A stretch of 64,000 nucleotides of DNA from Aplysia californica (Eukaryota), in contig NW_004797661.1 in NCBI RefSeq assembly GCF_000002075.1, positions 89,934-153,933 on the forward strand, given 5' to 3'. Below the pieces are notes generated by a model that saw only the letters and a list, made by a program, of their open reading frames with translations, was not told where the DNA came from and did not search any database. Numbering within the stretch: the first letter of the stretch is position 1; each line of letters starts with the position of its first letter. Below, in pieces: positions 12,601 to 26,579 of this stretch. The position numbers were made by a program, and so were the translations under genes.

Positions 12601-15600
12601 TCTATGGGTGACTGAGTCAATCTTCTCTTACAAATTTTCCTAATGTCAAGATTCAAAAACTCACCTCAGACACTGCTGTAATCACAAGTGACACAACTAA
12701 GGAGATAATCACAGCCACAGATGGGCAGACATCTTGGAGAGGTTTGTGCTCATATGTTGAGAAGTACCGTGAGATGAATATCACACTGAAAAGGTATAAA
12801 ACCACAAGAGTGAGAAGCTAGAACATCTTTATTTCATAAACTTTATGAGTCAAGACTTAATGTCAGCTGGCTATTATTATTATTGTACTGTACTGTAATG
12901 CCTCCTAAAAAGAAACAGTTCTAATCAGAATCTACCACTAGGCTAAAATCTGGTAAATAATGTAACAACGGCTAATCAGCATACCCACTTGTCTGTCTCA
13001 TAAACGAACCCTTAAAGCACACAGTCACTTTCAATCCAGGCATAGCATGACTGACAGGCTGATTTATAAACACCAACCCCCCCCCCCCCCCCCCCTTCCC
13101 CCACATACCCAAATTCCATTTACACAGTACCACTAGAGTTCCAAAAAACAAAAGTAAGACTACCTTCTGTTATACAATTATCCAAATCTTATGGTTTCAA
13201 AACTAGCCTACATACACACTAGCAGTTTCTGGACAGTGCTATAAAACACTAGGTGCCACCTTGTATGCATAGTCAGTCTTTCACCTTAAAACAGCACAAG
13301 CCAAAAATTACACCAGAGGACAGCTTAGTTATTTTAGTGCGATGTCTCTGTCCATCATTTGTCCTTAAATTGGAGAGCCGTAGCTTACTGGATTACTCTG
13401 TAGCCATGTATTTAGTCAAAGGCCAGGGTAATTGATATACATCTAGTGGTGAGCACAAATGTTAATCTGATCTGCAGAGAACATGTAAGACGGTGCAGAA
13501 AGTCCATCTTGCAACTCACTTTATGATAACATATCATGGGCAAAGCAAAATCAACTTGAAGACACGGTCAGAGCACCCTCACCTATGCGCAATCCGAGCT
13601 CCCATGTTCAGACAGTTAGCCAGGATGAAGCCAACACTGCCGACCCACTGTGTGAGAAGCCAGGAGGAAAACAAGAACAACCCAGAGAACAGCAGCATCT
13701 TCTTATTGTACCTGAAGGCCAAGAAAACCATGGCAAAGTGTCAAGTTATATTTCAACTCGTCATTTTCGCTTTTCTCCAGCACAATTTTGTACACAATGA
13801 AAAAGCTTACATTTACTAACATTTCTAATTTGCAGAACTGTAAATGTTTGGTGCCGAATTGTTCCCAACATTTTTGAAAATAAAAGAAAATATACGAATG
13901 TTGGTAGGGGGTGTGGGGACTCCTGGTAGAAGCAAAACTATCAATCTAGCAACCCACTATGTCATTTTGACCTTTTCTTTCCATAGTTGGTTATTGATCG
14001 AAAAGGCCAAAAAAAATGAAAAGTAAGGAGAGGTCCTGTGTGGACTCAGTGGCACAATTTGTCAGAGATATTTTGTGGAGGAAGGAATACAGAATAGTGA
14101 ATTTACAGGTTTGGATAAGAAGCTGCACATGAGGAAGATTGCTGGACATTACAAGAAAATCACTTAGGCAGGGTCATAAATGTACCATGCATACAGGCAA
14201 ATGAGGACGAGTCATATCAAAATTTTATTTATAATTTACTAAATCTACAGACTTTTTCTCTCCATTTTTTTTCTACAACAAAAAAATCTTTATTCTTTTT
14301 TAATTCTCCTGAATCTGGTTGCTTTAAGTCCAGCACTCCTTTTCATAAAATAATCTAGAACAAACTAAACAAGAAACTATTGACAAAGTACAGTTGAATG
14401 TAGAAAATACAGAAGTTGTATGTTAGAAAAGAAGGTAGCATAACATTTATTGTTTTAGATTCACACATGTATCATATTATTTTCCATGACTTAAAAAACA
14501 AAAGCATGTCAAAGTGATAAAGTTTTACCTCACTGAAAGTACATGAATAAATATTGAACAGATTAAAAGAAAAAGAATTCACAGAAGCATCTATACTTAC
14601 AGTAGTTTCCGCCATACAAAAGCACGCTCCGCCCAAACGCACACTTTCGTCATCTGACGGATTTTTTACTATATGATTTAGACGTACAAACAGCACGGTC
14701 ACTCCCTCTTAACGCACACTCCGATCCGCGAAACACGCTGAAAGGTAAAGCTTAACAAGGGTAAATTTTCACTACAACCTGCACAGCTTGCATAAGACCA
14801 GCCTAGATTGGGGGACTGAAATCTTTTTTGATTGGTCACTGGAAATGCATCTTTGGAAGAAGGTTTCTGATTGGTGTTTGGGTGACTGCATGTAATGTTT
14901 AGTTAGACCTAGGCCTGATGCGCAACGCGCATAAATGCTGTAAAACTCCATATAGGCCTCTATAGGATTAAAGATTAGCCAAGTAAGCCTAATCAGCTGC
15001 GCTCGAAGAACTTATGATGTACTTGGTCAACGAATCACAAAAAAAAATGTTTCTCTGAATGAAGAGATCGATGATTCTGATTCTGATGTCGCCCATACGG
15101 TTGGGGGAGGTCACTTGGAAAACCACGTGGCTGGGCCGTTGTCTCTATGACTATCACCAACAATTTCCTCTTAGGTTACCTGTTCCCGATGTTTTACAGT
15201 GCATATTATTATTCATTACATTGAGTCTGCCCCCCTCCCCCCCCATTCAACACCTTTGTATTCTTAACACCAGTCGGGGAATCATTCTCGTGTCGTCACA
15301 TTATCGGCTCAAAGTGACCCCTACCCCAAACGGAGGTAACTAGAATATCAAGGCAAAGAAATGACAGCATCCCTTCCTCCCTTTGCAAAGGTTCATGTAA
15401 ACACATGCTAAGGAGCCCTCCAGAGCACCGTGCATTTAGGCGGAGACTACTGTACCAATAGCCTACCAATGAATCTAATCCCCCCCCATGAAATAGCAAG
15501 GGTATATCCAGGCAAACTTATTAACACAACACAACCCCCCACCCCCTACTATAATTAAAATCCCTACTCAAACTTAGCGATCAATAAATATATCAACTGA

Positions 15601-18600
15601 ACACAATTCTGCTCTATACCTGTCCACATCCTCTTTACTCATGGCTGCAAACACAAAGGCCTCAGTGGTTCCATTGATGGCGATGACGAGGACATACAAG
15701 CAGTACCACCTCAGCAGTCTTGGTCCTGGAAGAACAGACAAGAAGTTACATTTGAATTATATAAACATAAAAGCAATGATGACCATAGAATCTCCTTTCA
15801 TGCCTGGATGTGGAACTGCAAAAAGTAAAAAGTTTGTGTTTTACAAAAAGTAGGCCTACCAATCGCAAATTTAAAAAAGGACTTATAGCAAAACTTGCAT
15901 CCTGTTTGATCATCAAGACCAAATTATAGTTGTGGGACTTGCATGCCTTTATCTACAAATGCATAGGTTTATGACTTACACTTTCCTAATTTTCATCTTT
16001 GATGGCAACCATTGGTTACAAAATGCAGGCCTATTTTACTACAAGTATCTGTTTATCCCTACTATTGCATCAAAATATAAAACATTATATCTGCACTTAA
16101 TATGAGCTTTGGCTAAAAACAGAAAACTGCCTATCAATGTTACTTTTGCGCTCATCAGTTTATACAACATAAATCATCTTGTCATAGCTTATTGCTCAAA
16201 GAGTTGACTTTTTCCTATATTACAGATCTTTTCAGAGCATAACCATGCCAATTAAAGACCACAAAATGACATTTGCATGCTTACCATTCCCAGAAGATAG
16301 AATTTCTCCACCGTACAAATGCAAGGCAAGAAAAGAATTTGAGTATCCGAAGACAAGTATGATGCAGCCAATTAAAGTGACAGTTTTCAGAATGACTCCT
16401 AGTACCCGTGCACTCAGTTTAAGAGAATCCTGAAACACAAAACAATTTTATAGCCACAAAAAGCAGCATATTAACTGAAAACAAGGAATGTGTATTTCAA
16501 CTGGGGTGATACCTACATGTAAAAATTACTTGATTTATTGGACTGCATTTATTTAAAAAGCAGTATAAGAAGAAACGAAAAAGGGGAATATGACACTTTT
16601 TTAATTTCTAAGATTCCAAAATTTCGAGACAAATGCCACTGTTATTATAAGCAAATAGGAGTCAATGAAAGTGGAAACCAAAAAATCATCAGGGTTTTCA
16701 TTTCATGAAAATGATAAATCTCTAAGCAATGTAGAAGTTACCAATGGTATGTAAATAGTTCATTCAAAAATATGAGTGACCACCATTATGCATTCTGCAA
16801 AAACAGGTTTAACTATAACATTTTTTAATCTTGCACAAAAAGGACTTTGTCCCCATACAGGTTGTGTCTAATATTCAAATTCTCACTTTCCGCATTTTAG
16901 ATTGCAAACGTGACCTTTAACAGCTTCGAGAAATTTTTCCTAAAACTAAAAATGTTCTGTAACCATTGATTTTAATTTTATGTGGCTTAGACTAAGTTAG
17001 ACTCAGTATCGGCGCTCATATGACCTTATGCAGTTGCGAGCGCCGTAAAACCCTCTACTATAAAAAAAAAAAAGACTCAGTATTTTCTTTGAAAACCTAC
17101 TGAGAGAGGATTCAGCTTTTCCTACACTTTTTGTTTACCTTTTCGGTAGAATGTTAATTGTCACAAAGCCCTTAAAATGGACACAATACCAGTAGCCATT
17201 TTCAAAACTGCTCTTGCTTCACCTTGCATTAAAACAACATTAAGCATTCACAACTTGAACAAAAATTAATGCTATGGACACCAAGCGAGTATTCTAAAAA
17301 AACAAAACCTTTCTGATCCTTCTGGAGATACAAATTAACCATAATAGAGGCCAGTAGTAATCACCTGGTTCTGTTTCTCCATAGGCAGTCCTCGTGTGAT
17401 CATGTGAGAAAAGAATAAGTAGCTGTTCTCTTCTATGGGCAGAAAGATGAAGCGTGCAGCCATAGAACCCAGGTTGTTTATCACATCATAGATACCTAAA
17501 AAAAAAAGGTGTTCTCTTTAACCTTACCAAAAAGAACCCAAACAAACTATGGTACCATGATAGTGCTATTTATTTCATAAAGCAAGACAAAAAGAAGCAC
17601 AAAGGATACCAGACATTTTTTACTACACTGACTGAAAAACTCAGTTTGTTTTCTGAATTTCAATTTACAAGAAGGTGCTGAGTAGGAAAGATGATTACAT
17701 TTGTTCGTGAGAAATGATTCCATTTTCCAATAGCCCCACCTATTTCAGCAAGTAAATTACTACACAAGTATAATTATTACATTAGCGTTTTCAAAAACAC
17801 AAACAACAAATTAGTTCATCTTTTAAAAAAAAAAATGATGTGTAAATAATAAATCAACTCCACTCACCTTGATCTCCAAAGCTGAGGACATCAAAGAAAG
17901 TCATCACATACTTCTCTCCTGTATGATCAAAAAAGAAAAAAATTATCAGAGAAAAGCAGACATGAATCTTGCTCTTTTCATAATCAAACCAGCAAAAAAA
18001 GCATCTTCAGTGAACCTTTGACTAACTATTGAAAAGACGCAATTCAACAAACAAAGCTAAAATGGGCTGTACAATGAGAAGCACATGACAATGTGTCTTT
18101 CTTCTCTGCTTAATGTAAATTTCACCATGGTTTGAAATATTACGCTTCATGGTGTTGAGGGGTGAGAATACAAAAGAGTTGCACATGACCTATGACCTCT
18201 GTAATCCTGCATCCCCCTCCTCAAGAGCTATCTTCAAAAGCACAATTGAAGGGCATCTTTTCCTCCATCCAGGACAATCAAAAAAACAAGCAAACCCCAA
18301 CTAATTTGTATGAAATCAGTCTTGTTAAATTATGAAATTAATAAATTATTGTTAGATAGATTAATTAAAAAAACACAAACAAAAAAAACAATGAAATAAA
18401 TGTAACTGACTTTGGAATATAATATGGCATTATACATAAGAACCGAAAATCTCTTTTTAGGAGATTGAAAAAAAACCAACAAGAAAAACTATGAAATAAA
18501 TGTAACTGACTTTGGAATATAAGGTGTTTTACATAAGAACCAAAAATCTCTTTAATTATGACAATACTATCATGACAGAGAAATAAGACCATGCCTTCAG

Positions 18601-21600
18601 TGAGGATCTGCTTCAGGAACGACTGCTGGAAGAAGCTGGCTGTCAGACTGGCCAGTTCCCTGTCAATGAAGGGCTGTCAAGAAAAGAAGAAGAAGAAAAG
18701 TTTTGTATTTGTGATAACAAATCCCTGGGTAGACTCACGCAACTGCGGAATATCTACCTTGGTCAGACTGTTCACCCTGATTTACTAATTCAATCCCATG
18801 TAATAAGAAAAGAGACTACCTTTCTAAAAAAAGTAGAGTGGAGACTTGTCAATATCCACTTCCAAGCAAGACTACACTTGTCTGAATATCAATAATAACA
18901 ACAAGTACAAAAATGTTGAGGACTTCAAAGAGAATATTGCAGATGGGTTGGCATATTCACAAACAGAACAGAAATCAGTGGCATTTCATAAACCCCACGT
19001 GAGATGAAAAGAAAATGTTATAGTTTTACGAATCTAAAAAAAAACATGTATGTAAGGAATCGCAATCCATAAATCATAAATCTCTAACTTACCTTGTCTT
19101 TTATGACAGAGGGATAGATGTCTCTGATCGACTGAAGGGGAAAATTGTCCATTTTCTTCTTATTTGAAGAAATGAAATAAGCGAAGTAGCCATGATACAA
19201 TAGTGTATAAGTGATGCTGGAAAGTACCTAGTGATGAAAAGAAAAATGCAATGCTTTTTCAACTAAATCTCACTTCAATGACACACGAGTATTATCAAAC
19301 CAGAATGCACAACACACAGAAAAAAGGTTAACAAAATCTACCAATATGTAATTCCAGAACATAAAATTAGTGAAGTCTAGTAAAATGCATTAAAAGTATA
19401 TGTCCGGGGGCAAAAAAAAAGTGACTGCAATACCAGCTGTACTGAAAATCGATATGCATATTTACTTGTTCATGGGTGGCTGTGACAGAGAGCAAAGTCA
19501 ATAGTCTTTATAGGAAATGCATTAAAGGAAAATAGAAAGCTTTGAGAGCTACATGAAATTAACACATTAAAATTAAATAGCACCACACTAAAACAATGAA
19601 ATGCGAAAAACATTTCAACTATGGTATTCTACAAATCCCCCCCCCCCCTCCCTACCCAGAATAACAGATCATAGATAATGTCAATTTTAAATCAAAATAG
19701 CATTTCAAAAGAGGATTCTTACTTGAGCAATGGCAAAATTTCCGATGCCCCACTGCGGCCTCCACAAGACCAGGAGCACAGTAACCCCACACTTGACCCC
19801 CTGAGACAGGCCCAGAAACAGAACCTTCACACAGGAAGAAAACAATCATATTTCCCTTGTGACAACAATGTGATTAATTACATTAATTCAACAAAGAAGT
19901 CTACGAAAATCAAATTTAGGATTATTTACAAAGAGCCTCATTCCTGAGAGTGCTGTCAGAATGACAGAGAGAATTAAAATAGATTTTCAGAAAAAAAAAA
20001 GAACAAACACCCTCCCCCCCCCCCCCCAAATTCAACAGAAAAAAAAGACCCATCCATATCAGCATCTCAGGGTACTCTAATAATATAAAGCCTTTAGATA
20101 AACCTTTAACAACAAAATTTTTTAAAATATAATGTACGATAGCAGTACCTATGGTAAAAAACACAAACCTTTGATGCTAAATAGATTCAGGGTAATAATA
20201 AATTAAGAAGCTCATACTTTCGAACAGGGATATGCACTAAATAAAATATGCAACTTGTCATTATCATTTATTACTCTACAAACCCATTTACATCATTTCT
20301 TTCATCACGTAACAAAAAGCAAAGAAAATTTTTTTTTCTTCTACTCAAGTTGCAACTATCTACCACTTTCTTTGATATCTAAGTTCCTACCTTGAGTTTA
20401 ACAAAGAGAAAAGCTTGGCCAACAACAAAGAGTGGCTCTGCTAGAACCTCGATCACCGTTGACACAGCAAAGCAAATGACACCGGTGGAGTAGTGTGCGT
20501 CTGCTGGGTTGTCCAGGAGATGAAGCCAGACGAAGGTGAGCAAGCTGCAACACAGGCCTGCCAGGGGGACACTGGGCAGATGATGGAGAGCAAATTGTTG
20601 GTGAAAAAATAAGTTTAAGTTAAGAAATATAATACTGGAGAGAAGAAGACAAAACACCAAAAAGAAAAGGAAAGAAGCAAAGCAGGAAAGAAAGAAAAAT
20701 ACAAACAAAGAAATATGGAGAGGAAGAAAGAGGGAAAGAAAGAAAATGATAAAAGTGCGGGGGGAAATTCATTGTACAATGTGATGCTTTTTATTTGGGT
20801 ACAAGTATTAATGTAATAGGCATAATATGAACATATCTGAGTGTATTTGAGAGTGAATATAAGTGTGTGCAATGTCAAAGTGGCAAGAATACTGGTGGAA
20901 TGATACACAAAAAGACAGGCTGAATGTCCAGTATGGTCTTCATAATGAGAACCATAAAAAACTTTTTTGTTCTATCTGTTACCATGTCATCAAAGTCACA
21001 TGTATCAATATTATGAAAGTCCTTTTTAACATCATCACCACCTTTGAGCTGTGAATTGAAACTATCTAAATGGAAGTCAGTCAGCTCCTTGTTGCTGGCT
21101 TCTCTCTTCTGCATTTAAAAGTGAATAAAAAAACCTTTATATCAACTACATTTAAAAAAAGGGTATGTGAGACAACATGATGAGCTTTGAAAAGGAAAAA
21201 CTTACGTGCACCAAAGCAGATTAATGACCTGTCTCCAGTCTCTTGTCTCTGGCTTAGTCAGACAAGCTCTATCAAATGCCTCTTTCGACAGAAATAAGGA
21301 TGTCGAATATAAAAGAGTCAGCCTGAGAAAATATATATAGCTGATAAATGATTTTTTCAATACCTTATTTTACATAAGCTATGGCTGTGTGGATTACACA
21401 AGATGGGATGAGTTTTGGTATGATAAACTTAATTATTACTGCACTACAAAAGCAGATAAAGATAAACAGGGTGATTGGAAGACGAAGCTTGAAGGTTTAA
21501 AAAATAATTATACAAAAACTCAAACTTAAAATAAAGGACAATTTGATTACTTATGGTGCAGAAAGTTGATTGTAATTTTGTAGAGCACCCAAATAGATTC

Positions 21601-22477
21601 TGTCCCATCAAATCTTTTTTACAAGCTGTAAAGAGACAATTTTATCAATAATTCAAAATCTTACCTCAATCGACCTGATTCTTTTAAAACATAGTATTTT
21701 TAACATTATGAATTAAATACTAAAGCAACCAAAGTTAAGAAAGGAATTGCAAATACAAGGGGTAATATTCAAACAACTATTGGATTCGATCATTCTTGTT
21801 GGCTCCATCAATGCGTTGGCAAAATTCGGACAAAAACTTACATGAAAGGAGAGGTTAAGAATGGGTTTCGATTAAAGATACGGTCAAGACAAATCTCATT
21901 ATCAAAAAAATATCCTAAAAACAAATATTTAACCCCTGTGTGCAACTTACCTCACATTGACAATGCCTAAGGTGTCCTGAGACACATATCGCAGTATGAA
22001 AGCATTCAGAACAAAAGTGGTCAATCGAAGGCCAAACTGGAGAGAAATAATCATTACGAACAATTATAAATGTTACACTTAATATGTGCTAAAGAAAAAG
22101 GAATATTGGTAATTTTAATCTAAAGAATACATTCAGCAAAGATATATATATATATATATATGTAATATGCTTTAATGTGAGCAAATCACTGGACTGTGAC
22201 CGATCAACAAAATCTATACCGTAGCTTAGAAAAAAAGCAAATCTATTTGCAAAATTTAAAGAATGTATAAGAGTATACAGATTGAATGAAAATAATTCTT
22301 TATCATCTCATCCTGAAGAGCGCTCTATTCTAGCACAGACTACACAGATATAAAAGAAAATGTCTTCATTCTCAAAACACCTGAGGTAAGTAGTGAAAAA
22401 AAATATATATATACCTGTAAGACCATGTTATAAGATGCTGCTTTAGCAGCACTTGACAACACAGCTGAACCTTGCAT
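9697..22477 (-). CDS. RFT1: RFT1, Man5GlcNAc2-PP-dolichol translocation protein (541 aa, 14 coding exons)
   Basis: Minus-strand exons 22477-22415, 22036-21951, 21322-21206, 20571-20391, 19824-19723, 19227-19093, 18673-18595, 17918-17868, 17495-17365, 16429-16285, 15725-15620, 13711-13583, 12785-12665, 9876-9697. All phases are compatible; total 1626 nt. RFT1 motifs: [139 protein letters not shown]. Confidence 0.95.
10180..10448. mobile_element. Tigger-like MITE (second partial copy at ~46070-46212)
   Basis: AGTGGAAACC...ATAACAGG / CCTGTTATATCAGGTTTCCACTG|TA; the right half is nearly identical to 46070-46212. Confidence 0.75.
10580..11478. mobile_element. hAT-like (Tip100-type ends) non-autonomous element
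   Basis: TIR CAGACCTGCTACTC / GAGTGGCAGGTCTG; CACTT flanks both ends; subterminal AAAATCGGGA-like repeats. Confidence 0.65.
18385..18553. repeat. Local duplication (two copies of about 70 bp, ~100 bp period)
   Basis: ATGAAATAAATGTAACTGACTTTGGAATATAA...ACATAAGAACC(G/A)AAAATCTCTTT occurs twice. Confidence 0.8.
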
Positions 22478-22729
22478 GTTGAGGTCTTTGTGGCTGGGTT
22501 TCTCTATGCCTGAACAGTCAACCCTGTAGTAATGAATATATAAAAAATAAAATGTGTTACTTATCATACTAACAATTTTTTAAAAAATGTAGCTGCTTTG
22601 AACTAGTCATTTACAACAACAACAAAATAAGAAAAGAAGTCGATAATCTTCAGATGTCCGTGAGTGTCCTGCTTCAGCTTGTAGACTGATATCTCTGTAG
22701 CCGGGATCCATTATTCATACACTAGCTGA

Positions 22730-23155
22730 TGGCCATGAGGGACATTCTTTCAAACAGCCAATTTATTTCCCTGGGATCATCAGTAGTGTCAGTCAACAAT
22801 TGGCCAACTTGGTGAGGGAATTGAATTGTCATGGGGGTGGATGATGCCGCAAGTTTCAACAGCCACTTTGACAAAGTAACAATTGGTGAGGCTTGTGTAT
22901 TTTTAAATTTGGGCTTCTTTAGCCTTTTTTACAATATTGTCGGAGGTGGAGGCTGAGGACGTGACTGCCAGCAGCGAGAATGAATCCGAACAAGGGGTGT
23001 TCCACACAAGGCATTTGCTATCCTCAAATAGAAAGATATCATTTGACCTTTTGTCATCACCCTAGTCAAGGCCTGAGGGTTCTAGGAGGAAACAATATAG
23101 GCCAGATGCATTCTATGTTGTTGAGGGGCTCATGAAGCGGGAGATGATCTCCACT
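22730..23155 (-). mobile_element. Decayed CRE-like (RLE-endonuclease) non-LTR retrotransposon 3' fragment
   Basis: Minus-strand translation with stops and frameshifts: HLPLHEPLNNI...LLEPSGLD*GDDKRSNDI..FEDSKCLVWNTPCSDSF...*KYTSLTNCYFVKVAVETCG...DDPREINWLFERMSL. This resembles the EP.GLDRGDGKRPDG..LVWD.T..D / K..KY..L..F.P.A.ET.G / RE...L.QRLS consensus of CRE-type RLE domains. Confidence 0.7.
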
Positions 23156-23928
23156 TCGATATCATAAGAAAGGATGTGGGCAGAGACTGTCAATATGCTT
23201 ATAATTGGGAGAAAATTTTAAAAGCAGGATTATTAGTTATTACTTTGAACAACGCATTCTCTGGGAAAATAAAACATGACAGATATACTATACTGAACTA
23301 ATGACCCCTGAGCCTGAAGTGATAGACTTAATTAACCATCATGTATGGGATTACAATCCTGTACTGTTTTGATCCCAGGTCCAAACTATTACTATTTTAA
23401 CGGTAGTACCCTACCTCTAAAATTATTATAATATTCCATTGGGAGCAAAAGCCGAGTTTTTCAACTATGTAAATAAATACATTCAATCAGACCAAACTAT
23501 CAAACTAATGTTTCGTATAGATACATTAGTCTCTGCCTCAGATCCCACTGCTTATGATCCTGGTTCGCTTATGATCCCGGTGTTTTACAAAAAACAGAAT
23601 TTTTACTTCTACACAAAGACAAAAGACATTTCTAAGATCCCACTCGAAAGGACTACATTTGGGTAAGATCCCACATTTCAGGACAAAATTTTCAGAACAA
23701 AAGACCCCCCCCCCTCACTGACATGCATGTATTTTAAACCTGAATAATTAGATCTAGATATCTAGATCTAGGCTACCTTTGTGTGTGTAGGCTACTCAAC
23801 AGTCAACAGGTTTCGGTCAAAGGGCCTAGCTTGCCGTAGGCCTACTTCATATATATTTTAAATATATATATATATATATATATCTCTGTATGTATATATA
23901 TATCTATGTATGTATTGTATTTTACTGC

Positions 23929-25602
23929 AGCAAGTGGCTATTCTCCGGTGTCACGCCGGTCAACAGATCGAAGGCTATTCTCCGGCGTCACGTATAGTTG
24001 CACATGTTGCTTCTCCTCAGTTTTCCACCTCCCCTGTTGGCAGGTTTTAATGGCCTTGCACAAACACTCATCAGGGCCGGCATTTCTTCAGAATGCGATT
24101 CACCATAGGTGGACACGCAGCCACTACAGTACTCAAGGAAAGGGTGATCTTTTATACTTTAGCACATTCAATTCCCAAAGTCTACTAATCCTCGACTCAG
24201 ACCTTCAAAACTTTGAACTGGGCCTAAAAATGTGCAAACTACCGTAATTTAGTCATGAACAGATGGTATAACAGTGGTTTTCGGTCTTCCATTGTGATTT
24301 TGGAAGCCAGTGAGTATAATCTTGATTAGATAGATCATGTTTTAAAGTGGTCGCTCGTTACAGAAAAGGGAATAAGGCATTACTCGGATATGGTGGTCCC
24401 GATTTTGTGACAGGGAAAATCTAGAATCTAGTTTTGACAAAGATAGTAAATAACAAGATGGGCCACTCAGCCAAAAAAGTGTCTGCAGGAAGTTCGCTCT
24501 TTGCTTCAGATGGCGCAGCAGTCTGTTTTGAAGCTCTCTTTCATTTTTCCAGAAGAAGAATGGGAATAGCACCTCCTTGCGTGCGCAGATCGACTGCTGT
24601 TTCGTTCAGTGTGGAGTTTTAGGTTTTTTAAAATTTTAATGACCTTCGCCTTTCATTCTAAAGTCAAATTAAATGAAGAAAACAATCACCCTTTCCTCCG
24701 GAAGAGGTTTTTTTGTCAATGTAACCATTTTAAAAAAGCGTTCTTCCTAAATTTATTTTTAAAAAGGAAATTTTTATTAGTTTCACTTTGATTTTTTAAA
24801 CTCAAGTAGGGTAACTCTGTTCGCATTTGCGAAAAGGGTGTCACCAAATTTTGAGGACACTTTTTTAATTGGCTCAAAGAAAGGAGTGGCCCGTCTCCGT
24901 CTTGTTATGGAGACTCTTTGATCTGGGCTACTGATAAAAAATAAAACATTGATACGGACATTTAAATCAGTTTCGATATTTCAGTAGATCTAGATCTAGG
25001 CCTAGACCACCATATCCAAGTAGTGCCGGGAATAAAATCAATTGAAAAACTTAACGTGCTGAAGTATAAGATCACCAAGGAAAACTCCATTGACGGAGGA
25101 AGGAGGAATGGCAGGGCGATTTTGTAGTTTCAGGGGGGCTTGCCCCCCTGACCTAAAAAAAATATGGAGGTGGGGGGGTTCAGGGGGGCATGTCCCCCTG
25201 AATTTTGTCCTAATTTGATGTTTTGCAGTTAGGTTGCATCCCTGCTCTTTGTGTAGCCTAATTCAAATAGAAATCTAGTATTTGGTCTTCAAGACTTCTG
25301 GATTTCTTCTCTGGATGTAAACAAATGGATCGTGGACTTTAACGAACGGAACTACAAGATCACCGAGACAGCGCCAGAAGTGCCAACAACCATCAGTCAC
25401 AACCAGAAATACAGGAAGGCGCATCTGGCACTGAACTCAGTTGCAACAATAATGGCCATGATATGCCAACAGGGGAGATGGAAAGATGTGGAGAAGCGAC
25501 AAGTGCAACTATACAGGACACCTGCAGGAGAATAATAATAGTATAGCCATCGGCGATCTATTGACCGGCGCGATGCCGGAGAATAGCCACTTGCTTGACT
25601 GA
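23929..25602. mobile_element. MULE-like non-autonomous element in the RFT1 5' intron
   Basis: About 40-bp TIR AGCAAGTGGCTATTCTCCGG(T/C)(G/A)TC(A/G)CGCCGGTCAA(C/T)AGATCG at 23929, with its reverse complement ending at 25595. A 10-bp direct repeat TATTTTACTG lies at 23918-23927 and 25603-25612. Confidence 0.65.
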
Positions 25603-25645
25603 TATTTTACTGTAGATCAAGAATTTAGGCCAAACCAGACCTCAC

Positions 25646-25760
25646 CTGCTGCCGCAACATTCCCGGTGACATTACCAGCCTGGAACTGTCACCAAGACTG
25701 TTCAAAGCTCTAGCCTACGTTGCGTGAGAAACTCCGAACTCAGAACAGACCGCTACGTAT
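25646..25760 (-). other. RFT1: Probable non-coding first exon (5' UTR) of RFT1; start boundary approximate
   Basis: Minus-strand donor CAG|GTGAG at 25646/25645 in a CpG-richer patch; the ATG-containing exon has an acceptor (TACAG) at 22524. Confidence 0.45.
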
Positions 25761-25806
25761 GTAAACAAATTTTAATAACAGTTGCAGCGGTTCCGAAAGT
25801 TTAGAG

Positions 25807-26579
25807 TAGTGATGCGCAGGTATCGATACGATATACTCGATACTTAGATACTAGTGATGGGCAAGTATCGATACCATATACTCGATACTTAGATACCTAT
25901 AGGTATCGGTATCGGTACTGATACCCGCTCTAAACATCGATACCTATGTGTTATTTATCCCAGGGCTGCCAAAGCAAGTGACTTTGGCTTGAGAATTTTT
26001 TGTTTATCAAAACAGATAAGTTTTCGTAGGGGGCAAGCGTTTTAAATTAATCTAGTGATTTTTTAACAAAAAAGAGAAGTTTTTCATGAAATGTTTCTAG
26101 TGATTTTGCAAAATCCTCACTGACAACCCTGATTTATCCTCATTGGTTTAATTTGAAGTTGCTAAAAATCTGGTAAATTGAATTGCCTTTTTAGAACTCT
26201 TGTGTTTTTATTTTCCAATACTAACATTTTCTGCAAAGTTGACTTTNNNNNNNNNNNNNNNNNNNNNNNNNNNNNNNNNNNNNNNNNNNNNNNNNNNNNN
26301 NNNNNNNNNNNNNNNNNNNNNNNNNNNNNNNNNNNNNNNNNNNNNNNNNNNNNNNNNNNNNNNNNNNNNNNNNNNNGTTTGAGTCTCAGCTAAATAGTCA
26401 CAACTTGTCTAGACACGATCACCTAAATACTTGGAAAAGTATAGTTGTATTTTGTCTTTACTTATTACCCCCGACGTATGTTACCAATAGCATTAGGTAT
26501 CGAGGTATCGGTATCGATACCTTGAAAAAGTACTAGGTATTGACATCGATACCTAAATTGTGGTATCGGCCCATCACTA
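25807..26579. mobile_element. hAT (Charlie/Ac-like ends) MITE with duplicated left end
   Basis: TAGTGATG(C/G)GC..GTATCGATAC at 25807 and again at 25852; right end GGTATCGGCCCATCACTA at 26579; flanks GTTTAGAG / CTTTAGAG (8 bp, 7/8 match); subterminal GGTATCG(A/G)TAC repeats. Confidence 0.75.
25961..26131. mobile_element. Nested hAT-Tip100-like MITE
   Basis: CAGGGCTGCCA ... TGACAACCCTG with a perfect 8-bp TSD ATTTATCC (25953-25960, 26132-26139). Confidence 0.8.
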
